A stretch of DNA of 63,178 nt from an uncultured virus (IMG/VR IMGVR_UViG_3300025614_000002). Lineage: Duplodnaviria; Heunggongvirae; Uroviricota; Caudoviricetes. Position numbers and translations under genes: made by a program. Below the pieces are notes generated by a model that had not been told where the DNA came from, made no database searches, and saw only the letters and a program-made list of their open reading frames with translations. Below are positions 46,198-55,880 of this stretch, piece by piece. Numbering within the stretch: position 1 is the first letter of the stretch; the number at the start of each line of letters is the position of its first letter. Where the stretch lies: IMG/VR virus record IMGVR_UViG_3300025614_000002. One strand, written 5' to 3'.

Positions 46198-47081
46198 TCG
46201 ATCCGGTACAGCCAGTCAAGCCGGTTGGCGCCGTCGGGGCTAAGAAGATCAAAGGTCTTCCACAGCCCCGGCTGGCTACGCCACGGCCTAAACTGCTGAC
46301 CACAAAGGGCCAGACGCCCGTAAACCCATTCGGGGCCAACAAGATGACCATCAAGGCCGCATCCCTTTCGGAGTTCCGCCACCACCAGGTGATGCGGAAG
46401 ATGGCGGCCTACGATCCGATGGCGATGGCGCTGCTCGCGCTGCGCGATGAGCAGGAGAAGGCAGCCGGCCTGAATCTTCTCGATGACGCGGTGAATATAG
46501 GCAGGGTGGTGGCGAAGGGCACGAAGGGCGCAACCCCCTTCAGTCCTGCAGCCCCAGGCATCATCGATAAGGGCATCAAAGCAGTCAAGTCCGTAGTCAA
46601 GAAGCCGCGTCCGCTCCCCGTCTCTCGTCCGGCCCCGGGAGCTCTGCCTTCCATCCAGCTTCCTGCAGCTCAAGCAAATGCGGCGGGGTCCCGGGTAGCT
46701 CCGAAGAAGAAGAGTCCGGTGCAGCTCCGGGACGCCGTCTCCAAGACGCGCCAGGCCCCTACTGCCGATCCTACGGCTGTTCCTACCCCCCGACACCTCG
46801 ACCCCGCCAAGATGCGCGAAGCCGCGGCACGGAGCGGGGCGCAGACTGCGCCCCGTAATCCCTCCGGCGGGGGCCAGAACACGCGGAATGGGGCAACTGC
46901 GCCGCAAGACGGCTCTATCGGGGAAGCCGCTGGCATGGGGTGGAGGGCCAAGGCCGGGATCGGTGCAAGTCTCTTGGGTGCGGGGGCCATCGGTGGCGGC
47001 ATGGCCACAGGTGGTGTGATGGCCGGGCAGCAGCAGAACCAGATGGCGATGCTCCAGCGGTACAACCAAGGGGTCAGGTGA
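46194..47081 (+). CDS. Putative cargo protein, P/K-rich with C-terminal glycine zipper
   Basis: KAAS, KMAAYD, EKAAG; PLPVSRPAP motif. Confidence 0.65.
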   Translation: MIDPVQPVKPVGAVGAKKIKGLPQPRLATPRPKLLTTKGQTPVNPFGANKMTIKAASLSEFRHHQVMRKMAAYDPMAMALLALRDEQEKAAGLNLLDDAVNIGRVVAKGTKGATPFSPAAPGIIDKGIKAVKSVVKKPRPLPVSRPAPGALPSIQLPAAQANAAGSRVAPKKKSPVQLRDAVSKTRQAPTADPTAVPTPRHLDPAKMREAAARSGAQTAPRNPSGGGQNTRNGATAPQDGSIGEAAGMGWRAKAGIGASLLGAGAIGGGMATGGVMAGQQQNQMAMLQRYNQGVR

Positions 47082-47334
47082 CGTTCTTCAGGAGCTCTCC
47101 GAGCTCCAGAGACGTGCTTCGCCGCTTCGCCGCTTCTTTGTAGATTTCTCGCCGATCCGGCTGTACCGGGTTGGCGGTTCTTGCTTCGTAGATAGCCTCA
47201 TCTTGGATGCAGATATCCAAGATCTGCTGAGCGACCTCGGTGGGACTTACCCGCCGCCCGGCCTTCTTCGAGGCCTCCCGAGAGACGCGCTCAAGGTACG
47301 CCCGCTGGTCTGTCCGGATGGTAATCACTGGCAT
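47074..47334 (-). CDS. Small putative DNA-binding (RHH-like) protein
   Basis: AGGAGG SD; strand-helix-helix pattern. Confidence 0.5.
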   Translation of the reverse strand: MPVITIRTDQRAYLERVSREASKKAGRRVSPTEVAQQILDICIQDEAIYEARTANPVQPDRREIYKEAAKRRSTSLELGELLKNVT

Positions 47335-47345
47335 GAACGCCTCCT

Positions 47346-47375
47346 AAGAAGTGGAGGGGCGTTTCCGCCCCTCCA
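47346..47375 (-). terminator. Rho-independent terminator after vWA gene
   Basis: tggaggggcg-GAAA-cgcccctcca perfect 10-bp stem then cttctt. Confidence 0.75.
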
Positions 47376-47379
47376 GGGG

Positions 47380-49218
47380 TCATTTCTTCAGATGGACTTC
47401 GACGATGATCCGAGTCGCATCTGCCAGGGCCCCGGGGACGTCCGCAAGGGACTTCACCAGGCCGTACTTCTTCTCTCCGAAGACGGAGTCGTACTGATCT
47501 GTCCGGGACCCGATGGCCAGCACGGACAAAATCACCTTGTCCCCCCGGAGCTCCTTCATCACGTCCTGGAGATCTTTCGAGGGATTCCCAGAGCTCTTCC
47601 GGTGCCTGCAGGAGGTCGGCAGCCCATCGGTGATCAGGATGACTCCACGATCGGTCTTCCCCGCCTTACTCCATTCGACTGCCACATCGAGGGCCTGGAC
47701 CATCGACGTGTACTGCATCTGAAGTCCCGGGGCGTTCCTCGGGGAGCCGAACTTCTTGAAGAGGTAGAGGCTGCTCGAGAAGGCCCACAGGTGTAGATCT
47801 ACCGGCAATGCCTTGCAGGAGAACTCCACATCCGCGAGAGCCTGCTCGAGCATGTCCAGTCCATGCCCCACCATGGACCCACTCACATCCGCCAGGATGA
47901 GCAGCTGCAGACCCCCGGACTCCTCCGTCCGCTGGAACACGGGGTAGGAAGACAGGTTCCCGGACAGCCGAGCCTGAACGAAGGTGGGGACGTGGATCTT
48001 GGTGCCCGTGAAGGCCGGGATGCTTGTCTGCTCCAGGTGGATCTGCTCCAGGTACCTCCGCATTCCCCCCGCCTTTCGAGAAGGCTTGGGGAGGGACACG
48101 ACAGGAGAGACGTACTTCGTGTCGATGCCGCAGACGCGCCCAGCGTTGACCAGCACCTCTTCCTGCTGATTCTTCTGAGACTTGGTCTGCTGTCCGAGCT
48201 TCGACTTCGCAGCCGAGATGCGCTGCTGCATCTTCTCCGTACCGTCGTCCAGAAGGCTCTGGAGACTGCTCTTCTTGTTGGCTGCGGGATCTCCGTCCTT
48301 GTTGCTGGCAGTCATCAGCTTCCGCATCTGCCCCATGGCCTTCGCAGAGACCCTCCTCTTGCTGCCCTTTGTGCCCTTTGTGGGGTCGGGCTGCAGATCT
48401 TTCGCGCCCAGCTTCCCAGGGTCAGAATTCTGCGCACTGGGAGGGGTGCCGACCGAGAGGGTCTGCGCCAGAGCATGGAGCTTGGCCTGCGCTTGCGACT
48501 GTGGAGAGTTCTTCTTCGGATCTGGGGGGTAGAAGCCCAGGAGCTCATCCGCGATGTCATCCACAAGACGTGCCGTGATAGCCAGGCACGCCTTGTTGTC
48601 CACGAGCTCGACCTGCGCACGAGCGGAGATCATGTGCGGCGCACACTTCCGGAACTCAGGAGGGGCGGTCGGGGTGTCGAATCCCGCCGCCAGGCGGCCC
48701 AGGTAGGCCGCCAAGTCCTCCTCTGAGTCCTTGGCCATGTCGTACTGCGCTACGCTCTCCCACCGCTGCCTCAGCAGCGTAGCGCCCCCGTAGTAGACCT
48801 CGCCCCACACGGAACAGCACCTCCAGTCCTCGAGGACATTCCACAGGTGGTGGACCAGCATGGCGAGCTTCTTCTTGTAGGGGATCGCATCGGGGCTGGT
48901 GATGGGGATGCCTGCTCGTGTGAGCAGACGCTCCACCGCCTTCTCGCGGAACATCTCTGTGAGCTCGAGGTCGGTCTCCGCGAAGGGATGACTCAGTTCG
49001 TGTTCACAGATGAGATACGCCTCCGGGTCGTCGAAGGGAACTCGGATGACCGTCTTGCAGTCGGTGGCGCCCCCGGATGGGTCGTCTACCAGATCGAGTT
49101 CTGTCCCCATCAGCACGTTGAACGTGGCGACCAGATCGTCCATGCGCTCTACGATCTCATCTCGAGTCCCTCCCATCGCGCCCATGTTGAGCGGTGGACG
49201 CGGAGTCGGCTGGCTCAT
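47380..49218 (-). CDS. vWA-domain protein with N-terminal HExxH (CobT/NorD-like MoxR partner)
   Basis: HELSH, WNVLEDWR, MIDAS DVSGS, ILITDG. Confidence 0.85.
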   Translation of the reverse strand: MSQPTPRPPLNMGAMGGTRDEIVERMDDLVATFNVLMGTELDLVDDPSGGATDCKTVIRVPFDDPEAYLICEHELSHPFAETDLELTEMFREKAVERLLTRAGIPITSPDAIPYKKKLAMLVHHLWNVLEDWRCCSVWGEVYYGGATLLRQRWESVAQYDMAKDSEEDLAAYLGRLAAGFDTPTAPPEFRKCAPHMISARAQVELVDNKACLAITARLVDDIADELLGFYPPDPKKNSPQSQAQAKLHALAQTLSVGTPPSAQNSDPGKLGAKDLQPDPTKGTKGSKRRVSAKAMGQMRKLMTASNKDGDPAANKKSSLQSLLDDGTEKMQQRISAAKSKLGQQTKSQKNQQEEVLVNAGRVCGIDTKYVSPVVSLPKPSRKAGGMRRYLEQIHLEQTSIPAFTGTKIHVPTFVQARLSGNLSSYPVFQRTEESGGLQLLILADVSGSMVGHGLDMLEQALADVEFSCKALPVDLHLWAFSSSLYLFKKFGSPRNAPGLQMQYTSMVQALDVAVEWSKAGKTDRGVILITDGLPTSCRHRKSSGNPSKDLQDVMKELRGDKVILSVLAIGSRTDQYDSVFGEKKYGLVKSLADVPGALADATRIIVEVHLKK

Positions 49219-49553
49219 TTCTTCTCCAGGTGATCTTGGATCATGCTCGCGACCGCCCAGGCATGGGGCCTCCGGCGGTAGGAGACCAGCTCCATGGGGG
49301 TGAGATCTCGCGAGGGAGCAGCGAGGAACTCGTTGATCTCCGCCAGGTAGTGCGCCTCGGCATCCTCTCGGCAGGCGTCCCTCAGCTTCTTGCTTCGCCG
49401 CGAGAACTCCCCATTGTTGATGCTCATGGTCGCCAGGACTTCGGCCTCCGCCGCGACCTCTCTCTCCAGATAGGAGACCGCAGCAGAGAGCGCGGCCTTG
49501 TTGCCTCTCCGGGTCATCCAGGAGATCAGGTCTTCGTACGTTTCAGCTTCCAT
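49215..49553 (-). CDS. Hypothetical protein
   Basis: Start MEAET at 49553; coupled to both neighbours. Confidence 0.6.
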   Translation of the reverse strand: MEAETYEDLISWMTRRGNKAALSAAVSYLEREVAAEAEVLATMSINNGEFSRRSKKLRDACREDAEAHYLAEINEFLAAPSRDLTPMELVSYRRRPHAWAVASMIQDHLEKK

Positions 49554-50397
49554 AGAGGGAGACCTCCTGCAGGTTGATGGCGAAGACGCTCTGGACGCGG
49601 GCAGCGATGGCCGAGCGGTGCTCGGGATCGAACTTGTCCGCCAAGATCTTGAGTGCCTTGTCCAGTCCGACCTTCTCGTACTTGTGAACCGTGTTGACCA
49701 GGTCGCGGGTGGACAGAGCGTACGTCCAGTCATGCGTGCGCGACTCCGCCGCAAACTGGAGAAGGCCCGCCGCGATGCGGCGCTCCTTCACGTCCGGAGG
49801 AGTGGTGAACGTGCTCTCGAGGAGCTCTCGCTCCTTCTTCTCGGGCATGTAGAGGACTTCGACGAAGTCGAACCGGGAACGCAGCGCCTCGTTCAGCTGG
49901 TAGGTTCCGGAGTACCCCGGGTTCATCGTGCCGAGGACCCACAGCAGAGAGTCCGCCGCGAGCTCGAACCGCCGCCCCAGGAACGAGGCCTCTACGGACT
50001 TGCGGTAGTCCGCCACCGAGAAGATGGTCGACTGCACCTGCGGGCGCAGGGTGTTGACCTCCTCCAGGACCAGGACACAGGCGCCCACATCATTCGCAGT
50101 CTCGATCGCCAGGGGCAGGGCCCCGAGGCTGAAGACCACATCCTCCCCCTGCATCCCGAACGAGCCGATGAGGTTGCTCTCGTCGGTCCCGCTGTTGCAG
50201 TTCTCTCGCACCATCGGCACCCCGTTCTGGGAGCACCACTGCTCGGCCGCCAGGGTCTTTCCGGATCCCTTGGGGCCCTTCAGGATCAAGGGATCCCCGT
50301 AGGACAGGTCGTCCAGAAGCGCCAGCAGGCCGACATCGACATAGTTGCTGTCGTGGGCGGGGACCAGGTCATCAGAACTCATACGGATGATATTCAT
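49543..50397 (-). CDS. MoxR/CbbQ-like AAA+ ATPase
   Basis: GPKGSGKT, LVLEEVN, TMNPGY, ALRSRF. Confidence 0.9.
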   Translation of the reverse strand: MNIIRMSSDDLVPAHDSNYVDVGLLALLDDLSYGDPLILKGPKGSGKTLAAEQWCSQNGVPMVRENCNSGTDESNLIGSFGMQGEDVVFSLGALPLAIETANDVGACVLVLEEVNTLRPQVQSTIFSVADYRKSVEASFLGRRFELAADSLLWVLGTMNPGYSGTYQLNEALRSRFDFVEVLYMPEKKERELLESTFTTPPDVKERRIAAGLLQFAAESRTHDWTYALSTRDLVNTVHKYEKVGLDKALKILADKFDPEHRSAIAARVQSVFAINLQEVSLYGS

Positions 50398-50429
50398 CGC
50401 TTCTCCAGGTAGGCGTCGTCGCCGAAAAT

Positions 50430-50437
50430 CTTATGAC
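50430..50437 (-). promoter_or_regulatory. Candidate phage promoter element GNCATAAS, copy 5
   Basis: minus strand GTCATAAG ~32 nt upstream of ATG 50397; AAAT 15 nt upstream. Confidence 0.5.
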
Positions 50438-50502
50438 GCACTTGTCCTGGATTTGTACTCACAATAGTTGCGCCCTGCTCACTTCTTGTATAGGATTTTC
50501 CT

Positions 50503-50754
50503 ATGAAAAAAGCAGATGAGATTGACCTCACGGGGCTGTCAGAGGAGCAGACCCTCCAAGGGCTCTCCGACATGCTGCTGACGATGTTGGCCGCCAACCG
50601 CTGCGCAGTGGTGGTGGCCAGAGATGACGGGGCGCTGACGTTCCTCAACCCGATGGTCCTGCAGTCGCTCCCTCCGGATGTACTGGCCCCGGTGCTTCTC
50701 GAGAGCTGGTCGGAGGATCAAGTCCTTTCGTTCCTGGAGCATCTCTATGGGTGA
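50503..50754 (+). CDS. Hypothetical protein
   Basis: AGGA SD; divergent from AAA gene. Confidence 0.55.
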   Translation: MKKADEIDLTGLSEEQTLQGLSDMLLTMLAANRCAVVVARDDGALTFLNPMVLQSLPPDVLAPVLLESWSEDQVLSFLEHLYG

Positions 50755-51043
50755 CGTGATTCGCCTGCCTGGCGTGACTGACTTCCCCTTCATGCCGGCC
50801 CAGAACGTGAACATGGGCTCAGTGCTCGGTCACCTCAAGAACTTCATCGAGGTGTACCGGGGCCAGCCGCCACTGATGTGGGCGCACTTCGAGCAAGAGC
50901 TGAAGGAGCACATCTCTGGGTTCGGCGGACTGGAGAGGGAGCCGGGGAAGCGCGGTTCGACCATCCTGACCATCATGGCCAAGGGTCCTCTGGGGAAGTT
51001 CCAGTACTCGGTGAAGCTGTACTCACGCTTCTTCAAAGTGTGA
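50747..51043 (+). CDS. Hypothetical protein
   Basis: Likely start ATG 50747 after GGAG. Confidence 0.55.
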   Translation: MGDVIRLPGVTDFPFMPAQNVNMGSVLGHLKNFIEVYRGQPPLMWAHFEQELKEHISGFGGLEREPGKRGSTILTIMAKGPLGKFQYSVKLYSRFFKV

Positions 51044-51089
51044 GAGAACGAGTCAAAATATCTGTGCCCAATAGTAGGAGGCATTCAAC

Positions 51090-51914
51090 GTGAGCATGTT
51101 CGATACCCAGACCGTGGAGGTCCCCGTCGACGACATCGTCGTGGGGATGCACATCAAGAACATCCGGACGTTCTTCCGGAACGAGGACATCGATAGCCTG
51201 GCCGAGTCCATCGAGACTGTCGGCCTGATGAGCCCGCTGGTCATCATGCACGAAGAGGACGCGGACGGAAACGCGATCACAGAGCTGGTCGCAGGTGAGC
51301 GGCGTCTCCGCGCCATCAAGAAGATCCAGGAGCGGGATCCCGACTTCCTCGAGGACGGCGTTCCCTGCGTCCAGTTCGAGGGACTGCTCAAGGAAGCGAA
51401 GTTCGTCAATGCGATCGAGAACATCGATCGGGAGAACGTGGACGATGTGGACCTGTCCCAGTGGATCTGGGATCGCGTCCAGGATGGGGAGACCCAGAGC
51501 ACGCTGGCTGACCGGCTGCACCGTTCGGTGAGCTGGATCAGCATGCGGATGACCTTCCACGAGAAGGCCGCGGACGCAGTGAAGGAGGCCCTCCGTGAGG
51601 GGTTGATCTCCTTCTCGGCGGCCTACGAGCTGTCGAAGAATCTGAGTCAGGAAGACCAGATCAAGTGGATCGAGAAGGCCCGCCGCCTGAACAAGAAGAT
51701 CACCGTCGAGCAGGCTGCTGCTGCAGGTGACCCGGACAAGGTGAAGAAGCCCGGGAAGCGTGCCCGGGAGAAGATGATCACTCGTGCGGACCACCTCACG
51801 GACATCGGCAACGATGTCGGGCGTGGGATCTCCATGGGCCTCCGCTGGGCCGAGGGACTCCTGGAGGACGAGGACATGCAGGACATGGTCCAGCACGAGG
51901 AGTCGAAGACATGA
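51090..51914 (+). CDS. ParB/Spo0J-like protein
   Basis: LVAGERRLRA, ENIDREN, HTH TQSTLADRLHRSVSWIS. Confidence 0.85.
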   Translation: MSMFDTQTVEVPVDDIVVGMHIKNIRTFFRNEDIDSLAESIETVGLMSPLVIMHEEDADGNAITELVAGERRLRAIKKIQERDPDFLEDGVPCVQFEGLLKEAKFVNAIENIDRENVDDVDLSQWIWDRVQDGETQSTLADRLHRSVSWISMRMTFHEKAADAVKEALREGLISFSAAYELSKNLSQEDQIKWIEKARRLNKKITVEQAAAAGDPDKVKKPGKRAREKMITRADHLTDIGNDVGRGISMGLRWAEGLLEDEDMQDMVQHEESKT

Positions 51915-52075
51915 GCTGGGCCATCTACGGCACCCCGGAGATCGTGTACCGCTCAGAAGATGGGCGGATAGCGATCTACGAAGTGGTCGTAGGGGAGGGG
52001 ACAGCGGAGCTCGAGTTTCTCGGGTTCCTCTGATCCCCAGGGGCGCTCGCGCGCCCCTCTTTAGCCCCTACCTCA

Positions 52076-53863
52076 CTACCCCTCGAACATGTCGATCACG
52101 ATCGACAGCAGCGACACGTTGTACCGGTTCGAGGGGTCGTGCGAGTTGTCGTCTGTCAGGGCCACGAAGCGCAGGTGGTTGTCCGAGGTGCTCAGATCTG
52201 AGAACTTCAGGCCGCCAGGGAACGAGACGGGCGCGTGCCCTGACCCGTCGTACTTGCGGATCATGGAGTGGATCGCAGCGCCATCTACGGCGCGGAGACA
52301 TGACCCCGAGACGTAGATGTTCCGCTCCCCCGAGTCCGCACTGTCTGCCTCACCCACACTCAGTGTGATCTGCCCGCTGACCTCGATGTCGGTGTCCCCG
52401 CCCAGATCTTCATTGGTGGCGAAGTAGGCAGCAGGGGTCCCGCCAGAGTCCTCGAGGATCACGCCCAGCCGGAGCTCACCAGTGGGGGTCCCGGTCCGGG
52501 TGATCGACGCAGAGAAGGAGATGTGGATGCGGGCACCCTCCGAGGTCAAGATCTCCTGATCGATGTCGGAGTGGATCTCGTAGACCCCCTCCGTGCTCAG
52601 CGGTGACGGCTCGAACTCGCTCTTGGCACCTCCGGTGACCGCACTCGCAGAGGCCACCCACTCACCCGCACCGCTGTCCCAGGTGAGCACTTCACCCTCT
52701 GAAGGGGAGCTGGCGTTGATGTCTGTGAGGTCGTCCAGGCTGGGAACTGCGATGGGTCCCCACAGTCCTGTACCCGTGTGGTAGGCGAGGAACTGCCCGT
52801 CCGTGGGAGAAGCAGCACCATCGACATTGGCCAGGTCTCCGATGTCGATCTCAGCAGCCGCGGTAGCGGGAGCGACCGGCTGCCACTCGGAGTCCCCGTT
52901 GACATACCAGAAGAGGTCCTTGTCCGAGGCTCCAGAGGTGTCCACATCGGCCAGGTCACTGGCGTTGGCAGGAACCCCTCCAAGGGAGGACCCGATCTCC
53001 TGCAGTACCGCCTCTACGTCGGCACCCGCGAAGTAGGTGCCCGCGTCCTCTACGCCCAGCTGCGAGCAGCCCTCTCCGTTCGCGATGGAGGCCAGGGTGG
53101 AGAGGTCCACCCCATCCACAGAGCCGGTGACCGTGATGTCTCCAGTGACCTGAACCTCTGAAGCGTCCACCAGCATGGTGGAGAGCACCGCGAAGGTCCC
53201 GGCGCTGTCGTCCACCACCAGGTAGTCCACGCCCGTGCGGCCCATCGTCCATGTCTGGTTGGTGGCTACAAGATGCTCCATCCCCGTAGCGGTGAGCTCG
53301 ATCGACGCCCCAGAGGTCTCGAGCGTCACCTCGGTGGCGTTGACGCTGCCGATGTCGATGTCGCGAGTACCTGTGGAGCCGATGAGGATGTCCCCATTGC
53401 CCGCTCCGCCCAGGTTGATTGAGCCGCCCTGGATGGTCGCCACGCCCACCGCCACGAGGTCGAGGGTCCCCCCGGCATCGATGGTCATGTCTCCCGAGGC
53501 GTCCATGTCGATGGTCACGCCCTGGATCTGCGTGGTCAGGGCGGCGATCGTCGAGTTGCCGACCTTCATCACCTCGGAACCGTCAGTGGTGTCCGCCAGG
53601 AGGTAGGTGTCCGAGGCCTGTCGAACCTGGAACTCCGCTGCCGCATCGTCGTCGAGCGTGATGTCCTTCATCACGGCAGAGCCGTTGATGGGGGTCACAG
53701 TCCCGTCGTCGGTCGTCATGTAGACCGTAGAGCCGTCCGTCCCGAGTCCGACCTGCCCAGAGAGGATGTCATCCGCTGTCGGGTCGTCGTGGGAGCGGAG
53801 GATCAGCCAATGGGTGAAGGTCTTTCCGGTGGTCATGAGTTCCTCAGAGGACACGAGTGTCAC
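52076..53863 (-). CDS. Tail fibre-like protein
   Basis: beta-helix-like T/G/D-rich region; three L.D[VI]...DG..L.[YW]....W repeats. Confidence 0.7.
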   Translation of the reverse strand: MTLVSSEELMTTGKTFTHWLILRSHDDPTADDILSGQVGLGTDGSTVYMTTDDGTVTPINGSAVMKDITLDDDAAAEFQVRQASDTYLLADTTDGSEVMKVGNSTIAALTTQIQGVTIDMDASGDMTIDAGGTLDLVAVGVATIQGGSINLGGAGNGDILIGSTGTRDIDIGSVNATEVTLETSGASIELTATGMEHLVATNQTWTMGRTGVDYLVVDDSAGTFAVLSTMLVDASEVQVTGDITVTGSVDGVDLSTLASIANGEGCSQLGVEDAGTYFAGADVEAVLQEIGSSLGGVPANASDLADVDTSGASDKDLFWYVNGDSEWQPVAPATAAAEIDIGDLANVDGAASPTDGQFLAYHTGTGLWGPIAVPSLDDLTDINASSPSEGEVLTWDSGAGEWVASASAVTGGAKSEFEPSPLSTEGVYEIHSDIDQEILTSEGARIHISFSASITRTGTPTGELRLGVILEDSGGTPAAYFATNEDLGGDTDIEVSGQITLSVGEADSADSGERNIYVSGSCLRAVDGAAIHSMIRKYDGSGHAPVSFPGGLKFSDLSTSDNHLRFVALTDDNSHDPSNRYNVSLLSIVIDMFEG

Positions 53864-54276
53864 AGGTCAGGGGCGAGAGGGGCGCGAGATTCTACCGAAG
53901 GGCATGCCTTGATGTCTTCGATCGCGAACGCTGAGAGAGCAGACCCTTCTCCGAGGGCGGCCAGAGCGTCGGCCACGGTAACGCCGACGGCGTTCTCCAC
54001 TTGCCAGAACACACCTGTCTCGGCGAACCCGAGGTACAGGGCCAGCGCCGCTACGGGCCCCACTTCAGTGTGTAGAACCGTAGGACGATAGCAGATGGTG
54101 TGTGCCACCTGGGAGGTGGGGGGCTCTATATCCTCTTGGATCTGCGTGAGGATTGCCTTGGCGCCTTCCCAGCCCGCCTCCTCGACGGGAGCCGCGGCCA
54201 CCGCCCGCTGCGCGGCGTAGAGGGCCCCCACACTGCACCCCATGAAGAGGGCTGCGTCGAAGACCCGGTATCGCAT
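53860..54276 (-). CDS. Hypothetical protein with signal-peptide-like N-terminus
   Basis: Start MRYRV at 54276. Confidence 0.5.
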   Translation of the reverse strand: MRYRVFDAALFMGCSVGALYAAQRAVAAAPVEEAGWEGAKAILTQIQEDIEPPTSQVAHTICYRPTVLHTEVGPVAALALYLGFAETGVFWQVENAVGVTVADALAALGEGSALSAFAIEDIKACPSVESRAPLAPDL

Positions 54277-54284
54277 GTTGCGCG

Positions 54285-54497
54285 TCAGCATCCGGGGCAC
54301 GCCATGGCGTGGGCGTCGCAGATCATGCACTTCACCTCGTCGCCGGTCCGCTTGACGGTGGCGTCCAGCTTCTCCAGGCGCGCTTCAGCCTGCTCCAGCC
54401 GGTACTCCATGAGCTTGTAGGTGCCCGCGGAGCCTCCGAAGGCGCCCAACAGCCCCGCCAGGGCGCTGATCAGCTTCGACTTGTTCTCGTTCGTCAT
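54285..54497 (-). CDS. Small TM + coiled-coil protein with C-terminal CxxC..CxxC
   Basis: Start MTNENK at 54497, ATGA-coupled. Confidence 0.55.
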   Translation of the reverse strand: MTNENKSKLISALAGLLGAFGGSAGTYKLMEYRLEQAEARLEKLDATVKRTGDEVKCMICDAHAMACPGC

Positions 54498-54907
54498 GGG
54501 ATCGAATCCTCGCTCTGCCACGCGGGCACAGGCTCAATGGAGTCCTGCTCGTCGGGCTCGTACACGTCGCCCCACAGGTCCGTGCGTCGAATCAGGGGGG
54601 TCCCCGGGGCCAACGCACGCACCCGCTCAGGGGTGGCGCGGACGGACGATACCACACGCGATCGGGGCCGAACGGGAGTCCCTGGGGGCAGGGCCAGGGG
54701 AGGGACCACGACCCGGGAGGGGGCTGCGGGCGGGGTTGAGGCCAGCGGCGGGCCTGACGGCGGGGGGCCTGACGGCAGCGGCGCGGCAGAGGGCGCCGAG
54801 ACGACGCAGACGCCCGCGGTCATGGCGATCATTTCCGTCAGGAGCCGAAGCTGATGCACCTCGGACAAGACCTGCACCAGTGCAACGCTCGCGAGGGTCT
54901 TCGGCAC
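54494..54907 (-). CDS. Pro-rich hypothetical protein
   Basis: GTG 54907 after AGGAGG. Confidence 0.5.
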   Translation of the reverse strand: MPKTLASVALVQVLSEVHQLRLLTEMIAMTAGVCVVSAPSAAPLPSGPPPSGPPLASTPPAAPSRVVVPPLALPPGTPVRPRSRVVSSVRATPERVRALAPGTPLIRRTDLWGDVYEPDEQDSIEPVPAWQSEDSIP

Positions 54908-54908
54908 G

Positions 54909-55337
54909 TCAGCCTCCTGACGGCGTATGCTGCGGAGGTGCGGAGACGCCCGCCGCGAGCTTGAGGCCAGCTTCGATGCTGGTGAGCCGCTTCGCCATTT
55001 CATCCCCGATCGCTTGGATTAGCGCAGGGTTTGACGCAATCGCAGTCTGGAGCGCAAGCTGTCCCGCATGTAGCTCCGCGATGCTCTCTGCGTTGCTCTT
55101 CACCTGCACGGCGAGGGGGTCCCCATGGAGCGGGTACAGCTCCGCTTGCAGCTTCGCGTCGAGCGCGGTCACAGCCTTAGTGAGTGCCTGGATGGGCTCG
55201 GTGATGCGGGCGTCGCGCTCCTCGGCTTCCTTGCGCATCGTCGCCCGGATCTTGACGATGGCGCCCACGATGCCCACAAGCCCGCCCACGATGGACAGGC
55301 CGATGACAAGCTGGTTGAGCGTGATCGCGCCGTCCAT
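54909..55337 (-). CDS. N-terminal TM + coiled-coil protein (holin/spanin-like)
   Basis: LVIGLSIVGGLVGIVGAIV TM; start 55337/55340 after GGAGG. Confidence 0.55.
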   Translation of the reverse strand: MDGAITLNQLVIGLSIVGGLVGIVGAIVKIRATMRKEAEERDARITEPIQALTKAVTALDAKLQAELYPLHGDPLAVQVKSNAESIAELHAGQLALQTAIASNPALIQAIGDEMAKRLTSIEAGLKLAAGVSAPPQHTPSGG

Positions 55338-55726
55338 CACACCCTCCCCAGGGAGCGCCGAACAGCAGCAGCCGCGGCCTCTGTCACGTCGTGGACGGGG
55401 AGCACCACCACGAAGACGCCGCCCCCCGCGATGGGGTTGAGCAGCCACGTATGGGGGCTCGGGATGGGGATGCCTGGGAGGGCCAGTAGCTCGACGCGGA
55501 GCGTGGGTGTCCCGCCACACGCAGCGACGTAGGCCGCCCGCCAGGAGGCGTGCTCGTCCAGGCGGAAGGCGTCACGATGGTCTCGCCCGATCCACCACTC
55601 CGCGGGCACGCCGGGCGAGTAGACCTCCGCCCACCCCCCCGAGACGGCCACGTAGGCGTGGTCCCGCCCCACCACAGCGGTCGGATAGTCAGAGACGGCG
55701 GAGAGCATGGGAGAAGGAGCAGTCAC
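55337..55726 (-). CDS. Hypothetical protein
   Basis: Coupled ORF. Confidence 0.5.
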   Translation of the reverse strand: MTAPSPMLSAVSDYPTAVVGRDHAYVAVSGGWAEVYSPGVPAEWWIGRDHRDAFRLDEHASWRAAYVAACGGTPTLRVELLALPGIPIPSPHTWLLNPIAGGGVFVVVLPVHDVTEAAAAAVRRSLGRV

Positions 55727-55880
55727 ACGTCATTCCCAAAAAAAAGCCGGTGAGCTCCAGGCTCAGCACGATGGCCGAGCCCGTGAACGTGTCACTGCCC
55801 GCCTCGCGCCAGAGCATGAACGTGAACAGGTCGGCGACAGGGGACTCTTCCGCGAGCGTCGCAAGTACGCCGAGGCTCAT
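55689..55880 (-). pseudogene. Probable relic 3' fragment paralogous to the end of 55877..56578
   Basis: LFTFMLWREAGSDTFTGSAIVLSLEL resembles LFLCRVYRDAADAADTLDQPPFLLFVDL; T8 run at 55738-55745. Confidence 0.4.
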
